Assembly: GCA_963716145.1 (NCBI GenBank)
Contig: OY970292.1
Coordinates: forward strand, 965,404 to 1,029,403
Length of the DNA stretch: 64,000 bases
DNA from: Candidatus Levyibacteriota bacterium
GTDB taxonomy: Bacteria > Patescibacteriota > Microgenomatia > Levybacterales > UBA12049
Reading direction: 5' to 3'
This document shows, in pieces, positions 47,941-57,281 of this stretch (the stretch's first letter is position 1; each line of letters begins with the position of its first letter). The notes beneath the pieces were generated by a model that made no database searches, was not told the DNA's origin, and worked only from the letters and a program-made list of their open reading frames with translations. The position numbers and the translations under genes were made by a program.

Positions 47941-50892
47941 ATGGCAGACCTGAAAAATCTGAATGCCGAACAACTTCAGGCGGTAACGCACGGAGAGGGC
48001 CCTCTTCTCATTATTGCTGGAGCGGGAACCGGTAAAACAACCGTTGTCACAACCCGCATTCAGAATCTAATACTTGAGAGAAAAATTCCACCGGGCAATA
48101 TTTTGGCGTTGACTTTTACCGAAAAGGCGGCCTCCGAGATGGAGACAAGAATTGATGAAATAATGCCTTTTGGCTACACGCAGATGTGGATTGAGACTTT
48201 TCATGCATTTGCTGATCGGATTTTGCGAGCGGAAGCAATTCATATTGGTCTTAATCCCGGTTTTGATTTATTGACTGAAGCAGAGTCCTTACTCTTTTTA
48301 AGAAAACATTTATTTGAGTTTAATCTTGAATACTTCAGACCTCTTGGAAATCCCATGAAATTTCTTCAAGGAATGCTAAATCATTTCGCGAGACTTAAGG
48401 ACGATGATATATCACCTGATAATTATCTGGAATATGCAAAAAAAGCTAAAGGTGAGGCTGATGAGATCAAAAAGACTTTGGAACTTGTAAATGCATTTAA
48501 AAAATATGAAGAACTTAAGGCAAAAAAAGGCGTTATGGATTTTTCAGATTTGATCAGTAACACGCTGAAGCTTTTTAGAACCCGCAAGAATATATTGGCA
48601 GAGTATCAAAAATTGTTCCAATATGTTTTGGTTGACGAATTTCAGGATACCAATTACGCACAAAATGAACTTGCAATTCTTTTAAGCGGTAATAAAAAAA
48701 ATATCACAGTTGTAGGTGATGATGACCAAAGTATTTATAGATGGCGGGGGGCTGCAATCTCCAATATGATTCAATTCAGGTCACATTTTCCAAAAGCCAA
48801 AATTGTAGCACTTACCAAAAATTATCGCTCAACCCAAAATATATTGGACGCGTCTTATAAATTAATTCAAAACAATAATCCCGACAGACTTGAGGTTAAG
48901 GAAAAAATTGACAAGAAACTTGTCTCAAAGCGTGAAATTAAAGGAAGCGAGCCTGAGTTTATCTACACGAATAAAGCAGAGGATGAAGCAGAAGAAGTCG
49001 CAAAAAAAATTCTAGAAATCTCCAAAAAATCAAACCTAAAATATAATGATTTTGCATTACTTGTGCGGGCAAATGATCATGCACTGCCTTTTCAAAAAGC
49101 GTTTGAGCGGAAAAGAATACCTTATCAATTTTTGGGCCCCGGACATCTTTTTCAACAGTCGGAAATTAAAGATTTAATCGCGTATCTTCATTCGCTGGCA
49201 AATTTTGAAGATACGGCAGCACTTTACAGAGTAATTACTCTGCCAATTTTTGATATTGAAGCCCGTGATGTTGCAGCTATTCTTAATTTTGCCAAAAAAA
49301 ATAACTACTCACTTTTTGAGGCAATGGAACAAGCAGAAAGTTCGAGTTTGACTCCAAGCGGAAAAGAAAAAATAAATCGGATAATTAAAATGATGAAACG
49401 GCATCTTGCAAGAATTCCGGCGGATTCTGCAGGACAAATTCTTTATTATTTTTTCGAAGACTCAGGTTTACTCGGTCATTATTTAGATCCTAAATCTCAG
49501 AGAACTGAAAAAGAAGCACAAAATGTCGCCAAATTTTTTGAAAAACTTCAGAATTTTGCGGCCAACCGCGAGGATGCTTCAGTTTTTGCTGTTGTTGATT
49601 GGATTGATCTATCAATGGAGCTTGGGGAAAGCCCGCTTGCTGCCGATATCGACTGGACTCAGAATAACGCAGTAAATATATTGACAGTTCACTCAAGCAA
49701 AGGACTTGAGTTTCCGATTGTTTTTGTTGTGAATCTGGTAACACAACGGTTCCCAAGTAGAGACAGAAAAGAGCAAATTCCGGTTCCGGAAAAATTGATT
49801 AAAGAAGTGCTGCCAACGGGAGATGAGTCGCTTCAGGAGGAGAGGCGGCTTTTTTATGTTGCGATGACGCGTGCAAAGGATAATTTATTTCTGACAGCTA
49901 GTAAATTTTATGGAGAAGGAAAAAGAGAAAGGAAACTGTCGCCATTTTTGGCAGAGAGTTTGGGGGAGGAATACATAAAAAGTGTTGTAAAAAAACAATC
50001 AACAGAGCCGCTTGATCAACAGCTCTCGCTCCTTGATATCGCAAATTCTCAAGCCCAAAACTCAAAAGAAGAAAAGTCTGTACCGCTTAATAGGCAGATT
50101 ATTACTCCAATTAACTACATCTCCTACTCTCAAATTGCAACTTTTTTAACATGTCCGCTTCACTACAAACTCCGTTATATTCTCAATTTCCCCTCGATAG
50201 CGGCACCTGCTCTAAGTTACGGAATTAGTGTTCATGCAACGCTTCGCGATATTCTACTTGTCGATAAATCAGCAGGCAAAATTGGGGAAGCGGAAATAAA
50301 AAATATTCTTAAAAAGAATTGGCTGCATGATGGATATAGCAGTAAAATTCATGAACAGCAGTCATATACCCAAGCCGAAAATATGCTGTCTGATTTTTGG
50401 AAAAACTACAAACAGGAAAAACCAAAAACAATTGGTATTGAGACGCCTTTTAGTTTTTGGCTCACCCATTCGGGACATTCGGCTGAGCTCAGTCGAAGCC
50501 CAGGCTCAGGGCAGGATAAATTAAAGATTGCAGGAAGAATTGATAGAGTTGATAAGTTGCCTGATGACAAAATCGAAATAATTGACTATAAAACAGGAAA
50601 AAATATGATTGATGAGAAGAAAGCAAAAGATGATTTGCAGTTGTCATTTTACGCTCTTGCAGCGACGGAAGTGAAGGATGATATTTTTAACAAAACTCCT
50701 GACGATATTGTTTTAACGCTTTATTACTTGGAAGCAAATCAAAAAATCTCAACAACCCGCTCAAAAGAAGAGCTGGAAAGTGCCAAAGAGAGAATATTAA
50801 AAATAGTTTCAGAGATTGAAACCAGTGATTTTAAATGCAGCGGAGGGATGCAGTGCAAAAATTGCGAATACAAAATGCTCTGCCACTCTTAA
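47941..50892 (+). CDS. UvrD/PcrA-family helicase fused to a C-terminal PD-(D/E)XK nuclease with Fe-S-type Cys
   Basis: AGAGTGKT, VDEFQDTN, VGDDDQSIY.WRG, NYRS, TVHSSKGLEF, EERRLFYVAMTRA; SYSQ..TF.TCP, GRIDRVD..IIDYKTG, QL..Y, C..C.Y..LC. Confidence 0.92.
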   Translation: MADLKNLNAEQLQAVTHGEGPLLIIAGAGTGKTTVVTTRIQNLILERKIPPGNILALTFTEKAASEMETRIDEIMPFGYTQMWIETFHAFADRILRAEAIHIGLNPGFDLLTEAESLLFLRKHLFEFNLEYFRPLGNPMKFLQGMLNHFARLKDDDISPDNYLEYAKKAKGEADEIKKTLELVNAFKKYEELKAKKGVMDFSDLISNTLKLFRTRKNILAEYQKLFQYVLVDEFQDTNYAQNELAILLSGNKKNITVVGDDDQSIYRWRGAAISNMIQFRSHFPKAKIVALTKNYRSTQNILDASYKLIQNNNPDRLEVKEKIDKKLVSKREIKGSEPEFIYTNKAEDEAEEVAKKILEISKKSNLKYNDFALLVRANDHALPFQKAFERKRIPYQFLGPGHLFQQSEIKDLIAYLHSLANFEDTAALYRVITLPIFDIEARDVAAILNFAKKNNYSLFEAMEQAESSSLTPSGKEKINRIIKMMKRHLARIPADSAGQILYYFFEDSGLLGHYLDPKSQRTEKEAQNVAKFFEKLQNFAANREDASVFAVVDWIDLSMELGESPLAADIDWTQNNAVNILTVHSSKGLEFPIVFVVNLVTQRFPSRDRKEQIPVPEKLIKEVLPTGDESLQEERRLFYVAMTRAKDNLFLTASKFYGEGKRERKLSPFLAESLGEEYIKSVVKKQSTEPLDQQLSLLDIANSQAQNSKEEKSVPLNRQIITPINYISYSQIATFLTCPLHYKLRYILNFPSIAAPALSYGISVHATLRDILLVDKSAGKIGEAEIKNILKKNWLHDGYSSKIHEQQSYTQAENMLSDFWKNYKQEKPKTIGIETPFSFWLTHSGHSAELSRSPGSGQDKLKIAGRIDRVDKLPDDKIEIIDYKTGKNMIDEKKAKDDLQLSFYALAATEVKDDIFNKTPDDIVLTLYYLEANQKISTTRSKEELESAKERILKIVSEIETSDFKCSGGMQCKNCEYKMLCHS
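50465..50514. repeat. Nested REP-like palindrome inserted in-frame in the UvrD nuclease domain
   Basis: TTCGGCTGAGCTCAGTCGAA (50478-50497) inside CCCATTCG...GCTCAGGGCAG; peptide THSGHSAELSRSPGSGQD. Confidence 0.7.
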
Positions 50893-50932
50893 AACATGCA
50901 ATAAAAATGAAAAGCTGCTTTTAGAGGATAAT

Positions 50933-51466
50933 TCAAGAAGAGCCGCAGTGTATGTCATCAATTAACCATTTTCCGCCAATTTGCGCCATTCTGAATACAT
51001 CATATTGAGCTCTTCCTCCAACATTTCCTGCGCTAATTTTTACCAATGGCTGCCCGATTTCATTATAAGTTACATCCCCCACCATTGACCCGCTACCTGA
51101 ATCATCTGAGCAAAAAACAGGATCATTTCCATTTTTGTAAGACTCCCTAAGAAGATCTTTAAAATCGTTACTCAGGTACATATTGTTACTAAAGCCTCCA
51201 TTTGCCAGTGGATTTGCCGGGCGTGAAAAATACCAGGCGTAAAATTCTTTAGCTACCCCATCAGGAGAAATTGAGGTTGGGCCTTGGGAAGGTTGTCCAA
51301 CGTTTGAAGAATTATCAAAAGGTTTTTCTGAATTCCCAGACGATTGTTGTAGCTCTTTACTTTCTTTATTATTGATAGAACTTTGCATAAAAAGGAGAAT
51401 GCCAAATATCACCAAAAGAAGACCGCCGGTAGCCGCAAGAAGCGTATACTGTTTTTTGATATCCAT
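50933..51466 (-). CDS. Membrane-anchored hypothetical protein (DUF3828-like)
   Basis: TM helix; P..VAKEFY.WY, DPVFCS, GKWLIDDI.C. Confidence 0.7.
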   Translation of the reverse strand: MDIKKQYTLLAATGGLLLVIFGILLFMQSSINNKESKELQQSSGNSEKPFDNSSNVGQPSQGPTSISPDGVAKEFYAWYFSRPANPLANGGFSNNMYLSNDFKDLLRESYKNGNDPVFCSDDSGSGSMVGDVTYNEIGQPLVKISAGNVGGRAQYDVFRMAQIGGKWLIDDIHCGSS

Positions 51467-51563
51467 AGCTATATATACTATAAAAGATTACATTGACTCG
51501 TGTCAATTGATCTATATAAAACTTGACAAGTTTTTTGAAAAATCTCTATACTGGGATAGATAA

Positions 51564-52366
51564 ATGAAAATCAGTAAGAAAAGCAGGGGAAGCATAGGAG
51601 GGGGAACATTATATGTAGTTCTTATTATGTTAATCCTTGGCGTATTATCGTTTGAGCTGATGGGCGGAAAGTTGCCTTCATCCCAAAGCAACCCCAGCGG
51701 ACAAGAAGTAATAGTTGATCCTTTCGTACCGGATCCTACTAAGGGAAATCTTCAACTATACACGTTTTTAGGGCACACTCCTGTGCCAACGCCCCCGATA
51801 ACGTCTGAACTTTGTAGTAACAGCGGAGGACAGAACGAATTCGGTTCTCTGGTTGGATTTTCTCCTACTCCCGATGGTAGGGTGGTGGATGGAAAGCTGA
51901 GAATTTGGGTAATCGATGAAAAGCCTCCGTTGCTGGCTCCGGGACAAACACTTGATCCCAACGGTGTTCCTCAAGGCGGAGATCTTACTCAAAAAAGGGG
52001 TATTTTCCCTTTGGGTCCAACACTCTATATTTTCCCAAATACAGTTGAAAGGGGCGGTACACCTTATACCCCCAATTTTGTTAAAGGCACTGTAAATAAC
52101 GGGCGCGATCTTAGGGGCCCTACAATCGATTCGGACTATAAGCAGTTTCAGAATGGACCTGATTTTGTAGGTAATCCTTCCCCAATTGACCTACCCAAAC
52201 CTGGTAGAAATGTATTCTTTGGAAAGAGGTACGAAACAGAATATATTGCTGAATTTACCTGGAACATAAGCTCTCTAGGGCTTGGCCCGGTACTCATCAA
52301 GTACAATTTGCGGCATATGATGGTGATGGTGACCGGGCAGCGGGTTGTACCTCTTTTACCATTTAA
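51564..52366 (+). CDS. Membrane-anchored Pro-rich hypothetical protein; probable 1-bp frameshift near 52289
   Basis: ORF track runs to 52439, but a 1-bp insertion gives the more plausible ending GLGPGTHQVQFAAYDGDGDRAAGCTSFTI* at 52366. Confidence 0.6.
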
Positions 52367-52446
52367 TAAATATCCAGCTCCTTATTTAACCCACCAATCT
52401 ATATTCATTTGTAATTTTAAAATAGACCACATATACTAAAATAAGC

Positions 52447-52776
52447 ATGAAAAGCTATTTATTTTTACCTTTTGCTTTATTAAAATTCTGGTATATTGAA
52501 AGCCCTAGGGAAATTGTCGGCTTTTTTGGCTCACTGAATAAGTCATTTTTCCAAATATTTGCACTTCCTCTTTTTCTTAGGACATTTTTCAAACCTTTAA
52601 AAAACGAGTACAGGCAAGGTTTAGTTGGTTTCTCAAGAGCTATGGGAATGTTCATCAAATCATTTTTCATCATAGCCGATCTTATCTTATTAATTCCTCT
52701 TTTAGTGGTTGAATTGCTCGTAATAATTTTATTTCTGGGTTTTCCGATTATGACAGTGATGTTATTATTTTTATGA
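52447..52776 (+). CDS. Small membrane protein translationally coupled to the downstream Clp ATPase
   Basis: FWY...P...F.LP.F.RTFF.P.K motif plus TM helix; ATGA overlap with 52773. Confidence 0.75.
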   Translation: MKSYLFLPFALLKFWYIESPREIVGFFGSLNKSFFQIFALPLFLRTFFKPLKNEYRQGLVGFSRAMGMFIKSFFIIADLILLIPLLVVELLVIILFLGFPIMTVMLLFL

Positions 52777-55181
52777 TTAAATACGCAAAAATATATCATT
52801 TTTACCGCAGCGCTTTGATGCGAAGTTTAAGGCTTGGGGTTGCTGCTATTTTACTTTTTATTATTGTTAATCAATTTTCTCATGGAATAACTTCCAAAGT
52901 TCCGTTATTTCTTTTTAATCTATTTGTAATTTTTGAGGTATTTTTCCATCATCATGTAAGCAAAATTACACCTAAGCTAATTGTTTCAAAGAACCCTGGA
53001 AAAGACGTATATCAATCTTTCACTATGCAGGCTCTTTTACCATTTGTTACTGAGCAAAAGACAAGCGGGATAATTAAAAAATTAATTAAATATTCGTCTG
53101 TTAAACTTTTTATGCAAAAAGCCAATATAGCCAAACAGGACTTGGCATATGTGGATTTGGATAAAGATTTGCTTGCAAAAAGTGCGTTTGACGCGGCAGT
53201 CACCTTCAAAGGTAAGCTTGTAACCACCGTTGACGTACTTGTTGCTTACCTTTTTCTTATTGAGCAGGATAAAAAATTGCTTTTTGCAAAGCAACTGAAA
53301 TCAGAAGATTTATATAATATTTCTTATTGGATAAGGCTGGAAGCTCCACAGGAAGAAAATCCCAAAAAAGTTCGCGTCCATTTTGACGGATCAGGAATAG
53401 GAGAGAGTCTGGTTTCGGGCTGGACTCCTGAAACAAAAAAATACACGTCTCTATTTACATCTACCGCTCTTAAATATACCCCGCTGATACGGGGAAGAGA
53501 AAATGAGTTCAAAACAATGCTTGAAGCTCTGATAAAAGTGGAAAATAACAACGTGCTTCTGGTTGGAGATATTGGGGAGGGTAAGGAGAATCTGGTTAGG
53601 GCGCTTGCCTACTTTAGTTTTGAGGGAGAATTGGGGGGATATCTTAACTACAAACGCGTTTTGGAACTTTTGGTGGGCGCATTGACAGCTGGTGCAACAA
53701 ATAGATCAGATTTAGAGGGAAGGCTTCAGGAAATAATTGCTGAGATTTCTCATGCACAAGACGTTTTAATATATGTTCCGGATTTTCAAAACATACTCGG
53801 AGCATCTTCCTATGGTCTTGATCTTTCAGGAGCACTTCTTCCTTTCCTTAAGACAGGGAATCTGCCTCTTATCGCGACGATGACAACTGGTAGTTACAAG
53901 ACTTACATGGAGAAAAATCCATTAAAAGAAGCATTTACAATCATTATATTAAAAGAACCGGATAAAAATACTGCTATACAGATGATATTGGGGGATTCCT
54001 CAACAATTGAAAAAAAATATAATGTGATTTTAAGCTACAGAAGTATTTCAAGTGCGGTTGAGCTAGCTGATCGTTTTGTTCAGGATCAAGCATTGCCGGG
54101 AGCAGCCATAGCACTTCTTGAGACAGTTGCCAACAAAATTGCTCTCGCGAAAGATGTTCCACGTTTTGAAGGATCGCACCGCAAAATCGTGCTGGAAGAA
54201 CACGTAGTTAAGCAGGTTGAACAGGAGGCTCATGTCGCGATAGGAATGCCCTCAGGCGAGGAAATTAACTTGCTTCTTCACCTGGAAGAAAAGCTCCATG
54301 AGCGGGTAATTGAGCAAAACGAGGCAGTAACCGCGATTTCCGAGGCAATGAGAAGAGTCAGGTCAGGTATGATGACATCTGAAAAGCCTGTGTCTTTTCT
54401 TTTCTTGGGACCCACAGGAGTCGGAAAGACAGAAACAGCCAAAACGCTTGCCGATTTTTATTATGGAGGTGAGAAAAACATGATCAGGCTTGATATGAGT
54501 GAATATACAGGGGAGGACGGGCTTAAGCGGTTGCTGGGAGCCTCTCCCGGGCAGGGGGAGGAGCGGGGGGAATTGACGGATAAGGTTCACGATAATCCGG
54601 CAAGCCTTATTCTTCTTGATGAGTTTGAGAAAGCAAATCCGGCTATTCATAATTTATTCCTACAAGTTTTGGATGACGGGCGGTTAACCGATAACAAAGG
54701 CGTAACTGTTAGTTTTCGTAATGCCATAATTATTGCGACTTCAAACGCAGGTTCTGAATATATTCGCGAAGAAGGAGGGAAAGGAACAAAAATGGACAAG
54801 CAATTTCAGCAAAAATTATTGGATTATTTACAGACCAAAAATCTTTTTAAGCCGGAACTATTGAACCGTTTTGATGGTGTAATTACATTTAAACCTCTTG
54901 GAACAGCGCAGGTTACACAAGTCGTAAATTTACTCTTGAAAAGTCTGACGAAATCACTTGAGGATCAGGATATAAAGCTTGTTTTTGAGCCTGCGGTTAT
55001 AGAAAAGATTTCAAACGAAGGCTTTGATCCGGAATTTGGCGCCAGACCTCTGAAGCGTTACATTCAAGACAATATTGAAGATATGATCGCGCAGAAAAAG
55101 CTGACTAAGGAATTGGATCGGGGTAAAACAGCTACTTTCTCAATCGACGGCACAGGAGCACTCAATCTTACGGTTTCCTAA
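52773..55181 (+). CDS. Membrane-anchored Clp-family AAA+ ATPase with degenerate first AAA domain
   Basis: Two N-terminal TMs; AAA1 GDIGEGKE/IYVPD degenerate; AAA2 [30 protein letters not shown] intact. Confidence 0.88.
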   Translation: MIKYAKIYHFYRSALMRSLRLGVAAILLFIIVNQFSHGITSKVPLFLFNLFVIFEVFFHHHVSKITPKLIVSKNPGKDVYQSFTMQALLPFVTEQKTSGIIKKLIKYSSVKLFMQKANIAKQDLAYVDLDKDLLAKSAFDAAVTFKGKLVTTVDVLVAYLFLIEQDKKLLFAKQLKSEDLYNISYWIRLEAPQEENPKKVRVHFDGSGIGESLVSGWTPETKKYTSLFTSTALKYTPLIRGRENEFKTMLEALIKVENNNVLLVGDIGEGKENLVRALAYFSFEGELGGYLNYKRVLELLVGALTAGATNRSDLEGRLQEIIAEISHAQDVLIYVPDFQNILGASSYGLDLSGALLPFLKTGNLPLIATMTTGSYKTYMEKNPLKEAFTIIILKEPDKNTAIQMILGDSSTIEKKYNVILSYRSISSAVELADRFVQDQALPGAAIALLETVANKIALAKDVPRFEGSHRKIVLEEHVVKQVEQEAHVAIGMPSGEEINLLLHLEEKLHERVIEQNEAVTAISEAMRRVRSGMMTSEKPVSFLFLGPTGVGKTETAKTLADFYYGGEKNMIRLDMSEYTGEDGLKRLLGASPGQGEERGELTDKVHDNPASLILLDEFEKANPAIHNLFLQVLDDGRLTDNKGVTVSFRNAIIIATSNAGSEYIREEGGKGTKMDKQFQQKLLDYLQTKNLFKPELLNRFDGVITFKPLGTAQVTQVVNLLLKSLTKSLEDQDIKLVFEPAVIEKISNEGFDPEFGARPLKRYIQDNIEDMIAQKKLTKELDRGKTATFSIDGTGALNLTVS

Positions 55182-55473
55182 AGTCTATCTTTCTCAACTC
55201 ACCCTTGACATTATGATTTGGGGCTGCTGATCTAACTGCCAGAACGGTTCGATTTAAGGCAGCTTCGTCTAAACCAAAACTAACCACAGTAACACCGTTT
55301 GGTGATACGTGCAATGCTCCCCTATCTCTTTCGGGACCATTTATGCCCATTAATCTCATATCTCTCACTAAGTCATCAGGACCACGGCCCATACCGGAAA
55401 CAAATAAATCACCTCCGCTTCGGACATAAGGAGCGGATGGTATTCCCACGCATTCTGGACCAAATCTAGGCAT
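55168..55473 (-). CDS. Hypothetical protein (probable paralog of 55555-55938)
   Basis: 101-aa ORF with its own TTGACT-16-TATAAT promoter. Confidence 0.6.
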   Translation of the reverse strand: MPRFGPECVGIPSAPYVRSGGDLFVSGMGRGPDDLVRDMRLMGINGPERDRGALHVSPNGVTVVSFGLDEAALNRTVLAVRSAAPNHNVKGELRKIDFRKP

Positions 55474-55554
55474 ATAATTGCATTATATAAATTTAAAATT
55501 TAAAGTCAAGGAGAGATAATGTTAGATTTTTTGACGTAACTAACAATATATAAT

Positions 55555-55938
55555 TTAGCGTCTCATGCCTGCGGGGGTTGGGCGTCTCTCTCCAATTGGG
55601 GTGGGGGGTCTTTCGCCTATTATGCTATAACTGGGTCCTGCTAATTCTCCTATGTGTGCGATAGTCTCTGGTCTTATAATAGATCTGGGTGATCCATCTG
55701 GTGAAGGAACTGGTTCCACAGAAAAAACATCACCACGTCTACTACTCAGAAATCCTTCTTGAATACCTTCATTCCCTATCTCCACGCCGTCTCTCCGCAT
55801 CGCCGCAATTAGGGCAGCATGAGTAGTGTCCTTTGCAATCCCAGCATAAAAAGTAGTACCTGACCCCACAAATATTCTATCTAATCCGTCTTGTTGCGCT
55901 TCTGCAAAGATGCGCGGTCCAAGTGTTGATTTTGCCAT
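55555..55938 (-). CDS. Hypothetical protein (probable paralog of 55168-55473)
   Basis: ATG at 55938 after TTGACT-16-TATAAT; C-terminal duplication IGERPPTP/IGERRPTP. Confidence 0.6.
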   Translation of the reverse strand: MAKSTLGPRIFAEAQQDGLDRIFVGSGTTFYAGIAKDTTHAALIAAMRRDGVEIGNEGIQEGFLSSRRGDVFSVEPVPSPDGSPRSIIRPETIAHIGELAGPSYSIIGERPPTPIGERRPTPAGMRR

Positions 55939-56016
55939 ATATTTTGTATTATATAAATTTTCAGTCAAAAGTCAAGGTTGTGGGATCGAGCTTATTTTGC
56001 TATACTAGGCTTTAAT

Positions 56017-57144
56017 ATGCCGGCAGTACAGAGATCAGAATTTTCACTAGCACTTAATCAAGTCGCCTCAGAAAGAGGAGTCGACGTTGATGTCGTGTTG
56101 GACACAGTCAAGAACGCGATTCTCGCGGCATACCGCAAAGACCACGCGGGAGTTGAGGTTGAAGAATATAGGGCAGAGCTAAACCCCAATACAGGAGAAG
56201 CGAAGATTTTCCATAATGACAAAGACGTAACGCCTCCGGGATTTGGCAGGATTGCAGCCCAGACAGCAAAGCAGGTTATACTTCAGAAAATCCGTGAAAA
56301 AGAAAAAGAGGCGATATTTACAGATTACAGAGTAAAAATCGGGACTGTAATAAATGGCATGGTTTTGCGATTCGCGGGAGTGAATATAATCGTTGATATT
56401 GGAAAAGCTGAGGCTATTATGCCTCTTTCTGAGCAGGTGCCCAATGAAAAATACCATCTCAACCAGCGCCTTGGGTTTTATATGGTTGATATCCGTGAGG
56501 GTATGAAGGGAGACGAGATTATTGTATCCCGCGCGGCAAGCGGATTGGTTGAAGGCTTATTCAAGCGTGAAGTTCCAGAGATTGCATCAGGAAGCGTTGA
56601 GATAAAAGCCATAGTGCGCGAGCCTGGAAATCGTTCAAAAGTAGCGGTTTTTTCTTCACAACCAGGTATTGATCCGGTAGGATCATGTGTCGGACAAAAA
56701 GGGGTGCGGGTTCAATCAATAATTCAGGAATTGGGCGGACTTGAAAAAGTTGATATTATTCAATGGGCTGAGGAGCCAAAGACATATATTGCCCAAGCTC
56801 TGTCTCCTGCCAAAAATGTGCGTGTTGAGATAAATGAGGAAGATAAAGTTGCCCGCGTTTTTGTGCCTACAGAGGAACTATCTCTGGCAATTGGTAAAGA
56901 GGGTCAAAATGTCCGGCTTGCCCATAAGCTTACAGGCTACAGAATCGAAATAGAAGGAAAAGAAGAAGCTCCGGCAGAAGGCGAAGAAGCCTCAGCCGCT
57001 GGCAGTGAAGAGAAGGTCATCGTTGAACCAGGTGAGTCGAAGGAAAAGGGTGTAAAAGCGGCAAAACCAAAAGCAACTGCGAAAAAGACCCTTCGGCAGG
57101 CTCAGGGTAAAGCAAAGGCAACTAAAAAATCAGAAGAGAAATAA
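56017..57144 (+). CDS. nusA: Transcription termination/antitermination factor NusA
   Basis: FGRIAAQTAKQVI.Q, REPG.RSKVAV, DPVGSCVG..G.RV, AIGK.GQNVRLA..LTG. Confidence 0.97.
   Translation: MPAVQRSEFSLALNQVASERGVDVDVVLDTVKNAILAAYRKDHAGVEVEEYRAELNPNTGEAKIFHNDKDVTPPGFGRIAAQTAKQVILQKIREKEKEAIFTDYRVKIGTVINGMVLRFAGVNIIVDIGKAEAIMPLSEQVPNEKYHLNQRLGFYMVDIREGMKGDEIIVSRAASGLVEGLFKREVPEIASGSVEIKAIVREPGNRSKVAVFSSQPGIDPVGSCVGQKGVRVQSIIQELGGLEKVDIIQWAEEPKTYIAQALSPAKNVRVEINEEDKVARVFVPTEELSLAIGKEGQNVRLAHKLTGYRIEIEGKEEAPAEGEEASAAGSEEKVIVEPGESKEKGVKAAKPKATAKKTLRQAQGKAKATKKSEEK
57088..57108. repeat. REP-like hairpin within the nusA C-terminal tail
   Basis: ACCCTTCGGCAGGCTCAGGGT (TLRQAQG); shares ...GCTCAGGG with the uvrD insert. 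Confidence 0.65.
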
Positions 57145-57147
57145 TAG

Positions 57148-57273
57148 AATTTTCAATTTGGAATTTTCAGTTTTCAATGAAACCTGCCTGCCGGCAGGCA
57201 GGTATAAATTTTAAATGTTTAAAAATTAATTTTTGAAAATTCAATGAAAATTAAAAATTGTAAATTAAAAATT
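57148..57273. repeat. Heptamer inverted-repeat element containing a 22-bp perfect palindrome
   Basis: AATTTTC-type left arm, GAAAATT-type right arm; ACCTGCCTGCCGGCAGGCAGGT at 57182-57203. Confidence 0.8.
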
Positions 57274-57281
57274 AATAGCTT

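Noticed and set aside
51492-51507. ATTGAC-N4-GTCAAT palindrome as an FNR/CRP-type operator
   Set aside because: It can be explained by -35 boxes in a divergent promoter region; single occurrence and no cognate regulator in the window.
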